A stretch of 64,000 bases of DNA from Eledone cirrhosa. Lineage: Eukaryota. Below the pieces are notes generated by a model that saw only the letters and a program-made list of their open reading frames with translations, was not told the origin of the DNA and made no database searches. The stretch spans positions 296,174,001 to 296,238,000 of the forward strand of contig OZ024740.1 of NCBI GenBank assembly GCA_964016885.1, read 5' to 3'. Shown here one piece after another: positions 56,921-64,000 of the stretch. Each line of letters begins with the position of its first letter. The stretch's first letter is position 1. The position numbers were made by a program, and so were the translations under genes.

Positions 56921-59900
56921 CAAATTGGGTGATCCATTTTTTAATTGCGGGATCCATTTTTTATTTGGGTGATCCATTTTTTATTTGAGTGATCCATTCT
57001 TTATTTGAGGGATCCATTTTTTATTTGGGGGATCCATTTTTTATTTGATGGATCACCCAAATAAAAAATGGATCCCTTTTTTATTTAGCGGATCCATTTT
57101 TTTATTTCGGTGATCCATTTTTTATTTGGTGGATCCATTTTTAATTTGGGGGATCCATTTTTTATTTGGGTGATCCATTTTTTATTTGGGGGATCCATTT
57201 TTTATTTGGGGGATCAATTTTTTATTTGGGTGATCCATTTTTCATTTGGGTGATCCATTTTTTATTTGGTGATCCATTTTTTATTTGGGGGATCCATTTT
57301 TTATTTGGGTGATCGATTTTTTATTTGGGTGATCTATTTTTTATTTGGGGTATCCATTTTTAATTTGGGTGATCAATTTTTTATTTGGGTGATCCATTTT
57401 TTATTTGGGTGATCCATTTTTTATTTGGATGATCCATTTTTTATTTGGGGGATCCATTTTTTATTTGGGGGATCCATTTTTTATTTGGGGGATCCATTTT
57501 TTATTTGGGTGATCCATTTTTTATTTGTGGGATCCATTTTATATTTGGGGGATCCATTTTTTATTTGGGGATCTATTTTTTATTTGGGTGATCCATTTTT
57601 TATTTGGGTGATCCATTTTTTATTTGAGGGATCCATTTTTTATTTGGGGGATCCATTTTTTATTTGATGGATCTCCCAAATAAAAAATGGATCATCCAAA
57701 TAAAAAATGGATCCCCCAAATAAAAAATGGATCACCCAAATAAAAAATGGAACACCCAAATAAAAAATGGATCCCCCAAATAAAAAATGGATCCCCCAAA
57801 TAAAAAATGGATCCCCAAAATAAAAAATGGATCACCCAAATAAAAAATGGAGCCCCCAAATAAAAAATGGATCACCCAAATTAAAACTGGTTCCCCCAAA
57901 TAAAAAATGGATCACCCAAGTAAAAAATGGATCCCCCAAATAAAAAATGGATCCCCCAAATAAAAAATGGATCCTCCAAATAAAAAATGGATCACCCAAA
58001 TAAAAAATGGATCCCCAAATAAAAAATGGATCCCCAAATAAAAAATGGATCCTCCAAATAAAAAATGGATCACCCAAATAAAAAATGGATCACCCAAATA
58101 AAAAATGGATCACCCAAATAAAAAATGGATCGCCCAAATAAAAAATGGATCCCCAAATAAAAAATGGATCACCCAAATAAAAAATGGATCCCCCAAATAA
58201 AAAATGGATCCCCCAAATAAAAAATGGATCACCCAAATAAAAAATGGACCCCCAAATAAAAAATGGATCACCCAAATAACAAATGGAACACCCAAATAAA
58301 AAATGGATCCCCCAAATAAAAAATGGATCACCCAAATAAAAAATGGATCACCCAAATAAAAAATGGATCCTCCAAATAAAAAATGGATCACCCAAATAAA
58401 AAATGTATCACCCAAATAAAAACTGGATCACCCAAATAAAAACTGGATCAGCCAAATAAAAAATGGATCGCCCAAATAAAAAATGGATCCCCCAAATAAA
58501 AAATGGATCACCCAAATGAAAAATGAATCACCCAAATAAAAAATGGATCCCTCAAATAAAGAATGGATCACTCAAATAAAAAATGGATCACCCAAATAAA
58601 AAATGGATCCCCCAAATAAAAAATGGATCACCCAAATAAAAAATGGATCACCCAAATAAAAAATGGATCCCCCAAATAAAAAATGGATCACCCAAATAAA
58701 AAATGGATCCCCCAAATAAAAAAGGATCACCCAAATAAAAAATGGATCATTCAAATAAAAAATGGATCACCCAAATAAAAAATGGATCCCCCAAATAAAA
58801 AATGGATCACCCAAATAAAAAATAAATCACCCAAATAAAAAATGGATCACCCAAATAAAAAATTGATCCCCCAAATAAAAAATGGATCACCCAAATAAAA
58901 AATGGATCACCCAAATATAATATGGATCCCCCAAATAAAAAATGGATCCCCCAAATAAAAAATGGATCCCCCAAATAAAAAATGGATCCCCCAAATAAAA
59001 AATGGATCACCCAAATAAAAAATGGATCCCCAAATAAAAAATGGATCCCCAAATAAAAAATGGATCCTCCAAATAAAAAATGGATCACCCAAATAAAAAA
59101 TGGATCACCCAAATAAAAAATGGATCACCCAAATAAAAAATGGATCGCCCAAATAAAAAATGGATCCCCAAATAAAAAATGGATCACCCAAATAAAAAAT
59201 GGATCCCCCAAATAAAAAATGGATCACCCAAATAAAAAATGGATCACCCAAATAAAAAATGGATCGCCCAAATAAAAAATGGATCCCCAAATAAAAAATG
59301 GATCACCCAAATAAAAAATGGACCCCCAAATAAAAAATGGATCACCCAAATAACAAATGGAACACCCAAATAAAAAATGGATCCCCCAAATAAAAAATGG
59401 ATCACCCAAATAAAAAATGGATCACCCAAATAAAAAATGGATCCTCCAAATAAAAAATGGATCACCCAAATAAAAAATGTATCACCCAAATAAAAACTGG
59501 ATCATCCAAATAAAAACTGGATCAGCCAAATAAAAAATGGATCGCCCAAATAAAAAATGGATCCCCCAAATAAAAAATGGATCACCCAAATGAAAAATGA
59601 ATCACCCAAATAAAAAATGGATCCCTCAAATAAAGAATGGATCACTCAAATAAAAAATGGATCACCCAAATAAAAAATGGATCACCCAAATAAAAAATAA
59701 ATCACCCAAATAAAAAATGGATCACCCAAATAAAAAATTGATCCCCCAAATAAAAAATGGATCACCCAAATAAAAAATGGATCACCCAAATAAAAAATGG
59801 ATCCCTTTTTTATTTGGCGGATCCATTTTTTTGGGGGGGATCCATTATCTATTTGGGTGAACCATTTTATGTTTGGGGGATCCAGTTTTTATTTGGGTGA

Positions 59901-60239
59901 TCCATTTTTTATTTGGGGGATCCATTTTTTATTTGGGTGATCCATTTTTTATTTGGTGATCCATTTTTTATTTGGGGGATCCATTTTTATTTGGGTGATC
60001 CATTTTTTATTTGGTTGATCCATTTATTATTAGAGGTATCCATTTTTAATTTGGGTGATCCATTTTTTAATTGTGTGATCCATTTTTTATATGAGGGATC
60101 CATTTTTTATTTGGGGGATCCATTTTTTATTTGATGGATGTCCCAAATAAAAAATGGATCACCCGAATAAAAAATGGATCCCCCAAATAAAAAATGGATC
60201 CCCCAAATAAAAAATGGATCCCCCAAATAAAAAATGGAT

Positions 60240-63200
60240 CACCCAAATAAAAAATGGATCACCCAAATAAAAAATGGATCACCCAAATAAAAAATGGATC
60301 GCCCAAATAAAAAATGGATCCCTCAAATAAAGAATAGATCACTCAAATAAAAAATGGATCACCCAAATAAAAAATGGATCCCCCAAATAAAAAATGGATC
60401 ACCCAAATAAAAAATGGATCACCCCAATAAAAAATGGATCCCCCAAATAAAAAATGGATCACCCAAATAGATCACAAATAGATAATGGTTCCCCCAAATA
60501 AAAAATGGATCCGCCAAATAAAAAAGGGATCCATTTTTTATTTGGGGGATCCATTTTTTATTTGGGTGATCCATTTTTTATTTGGGTGATCCATTTTTTA
60601 TTTGGGGGATCCATTTTTTATTTGGGTGATCCATTTTTTATTTGGGGGATCCTTTTTTTATTTGGGGGATCCATTTTTTATTTGGGTGATCCATTTTTTA
60701 TTTGGGTGATCCATTTTTTATTTGGGTGATCCATTTTTTATTTGGGTGATCCATTTTTTATTTGTGGGATCCTTTTTTTATTTGGGTGATCCATTTTTTA
60801 TTTGGGTGATCCATTTTTTATTTGAGTGATCCATTTTTTATTTGGGGGATCCATTTTTTATTTGGGTGATCCATTTTTTATTTGGGGTATCCATTTTTTA
60901 TTTGGTGGATCCATTTTTTATTTGGGTGATCCATTTTTTATTTGGGTGATCCATTTTTTATTTGAGTGATCCATTCTTTATTTGAGGGATCCATTTTTTA
61001 TTTGGGGGATCCATTTTTTATTTGATGGATCACCCAAATAAAAAATGGATCCCCCAAATAAAAAGTGGATCACCCAAATAAAAAATGGATCCCCCAAATA
61101 AAAAATGGATCATCAAATAAAAAATGAATCACCCAAATAAAAAATGGATCACCCAAATAAAAAATGGATCACCCAAATAAAAAATGGATCACCCAAATAA
61201 AAAATGGATACCCCTAATAAAAAATGGATCAACCAAATAAAAAATGGATCACCCAAATAAAAAATGGATCCCCCAAATAAAAATTGGATCACCCAAATAA
61301 AAAATGGATCACCCAAATAAAAAATGGATCACCCAAATAAAAAATGGATCCCCCAAATAAAAAATGGATCACCCAAATAAAAAATGGATCACCCAAATAA
61401 AAAATGGATCACCCAAATAAAAAGTGGATCACCCAAATAAAAAATGGATCGCCCAAATAAAAAATGGATCCCCAAATAATAAATGGATCACCCAAATAAA
61501 AAATGGATCCCCCAAATAAAAAATGGATCCCCCAAATAAAAAATGGATCACCCAAATAACAAATGGATCACCCAAATAAAAAATGGATCCCCCAAATAAA
61601 AAATGGATCACCCAAATAAAAAATGGATCACCCAAATAAAAAATGGATCACCCAAATAAAAAATGGATCACCCAAATAAAAAATGGATCGCCTAAATAAA
61701 AAATGGATCCCTCAAATAAAGAATAGATCACTCAAATAAAAAATGGATCACCCAAATAAAAAATGGATCCCCCAAATAAAAAATGGATCACCCAAATAAA
61801 AAATGGATCACCCCAATAAAAAATGGATCCCCCAAATAAAAAATGGATCACCCAAATAGATCACAAATAGATAATGGTTCCCCCAAATAAAAAATGGATC
61901 CGCCAAATAAAAAAGGGATCCATTTTTTATTTGGGGGATCCATTTTTTATTTGGGTGATCCATTTTTTATTTGGGTGATCCATTTTTTATTTGGGGGATC
62001 CATTTTTTATTTGGGTGATCCATTTTTTATTTGGAGGATCCATTTTTTATTTGGGGGATCCATTTTTTATTTGGGTGATCCATTTTTTATTTGGGTGATC
62101 CATTTTTTATTTGGGTGATCCATTTTTTATTTGGGTGATCCATTTTTTATTTGTGGGATCCTTTTTTTATTTGGGTGATCCATTTTTTATTTGGGTGATC
62201 CATTTTTTATTTGAGTGATCCATTTTTTATTTGGGGGATCCATTTTTTATTTGGGTGATCCATTTTTATTTGGGGTATCCATTTTTTATTTGGTGGATCC
62301 ATTTTTTATTTGGGTGATCCATTTTTTATTTGGGTGATCCATTTTTTATTTGAGTGATCCATTCTTTATTTGAGGGATCCATTTTTTATTTGGGGGATCC
62401 ATTTTTTATTTGATGGATCACCCAAATAAAAAATGGATCCCCCAAATAAAAAGTGGATCACCCAAATAAAAAATGGATCCCCCAAATAAAAAATGGATCA
62501 TCAAATAAAAAATGAATCACCCAAATAAAAAATGGATCACCCAAATAAAAAATGGATCACCCAAATAAAAAATGGATACCCCTAATAAAAAATGGATCAA
62601 CCAAATAAAAAATGGATCACCCAAATAAAAAATGGATCCCCCAAATAAAAATTGGATCACCCAAATAAAAAATGGATCACCCAAATAAAAAATGGATCAC
62701 CCAAATAAAAAATGGATCCCCCAAATAAAAAATGGATCACCCAAATAAAAAATGGATCACCCAAATAAAAAATGGATCACCCAAATAAAAAGTGGATCAC
62801 CCAAATAAAAAATGGATCGCCCCAATAAAAAATGGATCCCCAAATAATAAATGGATCACCCAAATAAAAAATGGATCCCCCAAATAAAAAATGGATCCCC
62901 CAAATAAAAAATGGATCACCCAAATAACAAATGGATCACCCAAATAAAAAATGGATCCCCCAAATAAAAAATGGATCACCCAAATAAAAAATGGATCACC
63001 CAAATAAAAAATGGATCACCCAAATAAAAAATGGATCACCCAAATAAAAAATGGATCGCCTAAATAAAAAATGGATCCCTCAAATAAAGAATAGATCACT
63101 CAAATAAAAAATGGATCACCCAAATAAAAAATGGATCCCCCAAATAAAAAATGGATCACCCAAATAAAAAATGGATCACCCCAATAAAAAATGGATCCCC

Positions 63201-64000
63201 CAAATAAAAAATGGATCACCCAAATAGATCACAAATAGATAATGGTTCCCCCAAATAAAAAATGGATCCGCCAAATAAAAAAGGGATCCATTTTTTATTT
63301 GGGGGATCCATTTTTTATTTGGGTGATCCATTTTTTATTTGGGTGATCCATTTTTTATTTGGGGGATCCATTTTTTATTTGGGTGATCCATTTTTTATTT
63401 GGAGGATCCATTTTTTATTTGGGGGATCCATTTTTTATTTGGGTGATCCATTTTTTATTTGGGTGATCCATTTTTTATTTGGGTGATCCATTTTTTATTT
63501 GGGTGATCCATTTTTTATTTGTGGGATCCTTTTTTTATTTGGGTGATCCATTTTTTATTTGGGTGATCCATTTTTTATTTGAGTGATCCATTTTTTATTT
63601 GGGGGATCCATTTTTTATTTGGGTGATCCATTTTTATTTGGGGTATCCATTTTTTATTTGGTGGATCCATTTTTTATTTGGGTGATCCATTTTTTATTTG
63701 GGTGATCCATTTTTTATTTGAGTGATCCATTCTTTATTTGAGGGATCCATTTTTTATTTGGGGGATCCATTTTTTATTTGATGGATCACCCAAATAAAAA
63801 ATGGATCCCCCAAATAAAAAGTGGATCACCCAAATAAAAAATGGATCCCCCAAATAAAAAATGGATCATCAAATAAAAAATGAATCACCCAAATAAAAAA
63901 TGGATCACCCAAATAAAAAATGGATCACCCAAATAAAAAATGGATACCCCTAATAAAAAATGGATCAACCAAATAAAAAATGGATCACCCAAATAAAAAA
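60240..64000. repeat. ~1.37-1.39-kb higher-order repeat of Sat-A (one forward plus one reverse arm per unit)
   Basis: Marker agatcacaaatagataatgg at 60469, 61858, 63226. Confidence 0.88.

Larger units (their letters stand above)
32176..64000. repeat. Pure Sat-A array (20-bp monomer GGATC[A/C]CCCAAATAAAAAAT) with ~59 strand switches; runs off the window end
   Basis: Continuous 20-bp periodicity. Arms of ...cccaaataaaaaatggatc... alternate with ...gatccattttttatttggg..., and no B or C motifs occur. Confidence 0.97.

Noticed and set aside
6-63486. All ORFs in the six-frame track (MGDPFFIWVIHFLFGGSIFYL..., PKISSFFPENF..., VLPPK repeats)
   Set aside because: They are direct translations of the 20-, 22- and 15-bp repeats. 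They overlap in multiple frames and both strands, are broken by frame-indifferent indels, and contain no recognisable domain.
273-64000. CRISPR array
   Set aside because: Repeats are contiguous with no unique spacers, leader or cas genes.
273-64000. Bacterial origin, iterons or Dam GATC cluster
   Set aside because: 64 kb without any gene is incompatible with a prokaryotic replicon region, and no rep gene or DnaA-box context is present.
32176-64000. Sat-A as a true telomerase-made terminal repeat (TTATTTGGG-like)
   Set aside because: Frequent strand switches and inherited higher-order variants contradict the single polarity of telomerase products.
273-64000. Inversions as whole-genome-amplification chimeras or read fold-back artefacts
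   Set aside because: Junction sequences recur with linked diagnostic variants and Sat-B never inverts, unlike random chimeras. Copy numbers still need read-level confirmation.
273-64000. AATAAA polyadenylation signals and hairpin plus T-tract terminators
   Set aside because: These are incidental to the monomer sequence, with no associated transcription unit.

Overview
The whole 64 kb window is non-coding, AT-rich satellite DNA, most likely eukaryotic heterochromatin (centromeric or subtelomeric; the organism cannot be identified from the sequence). No credible gene, RNA gene, CRISPR array or autonomous mobile element is present, and all listed ORFs are translations of repeats. There are three motifs. 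Sat-A is a 20-bp monomer (GGATC[A/C]CCCAAATAAAAAAT). Sat-B is a ~22-bp monomer (AAAAA[A/T]TGACGAAATTTTCGG[C/G]). Linker C is a short cluster of 15-bp G-rich TTAGG-containing units. Positions 1-32175 form a strictly ordered composite array [B]-[C]-[A island] with 12 C clusters and a period of ~1.8-3.5 kb. Positions 32176-64000 are pure Sat-A. The most unusual property is that Sat-A switches strand about 95 times (manual count). The switches pivot on the monomer's palindromic GATC and keep the 20-bp GATC register, with one exception found. They use a few stereotyped junction sequences that themselves occur in both orientations. The result is a foldback satellite of nested palindromes with higher-order repeats of 540 bp to 4.6 kb. 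Coordinates were read by eye and may be off by a few bp.
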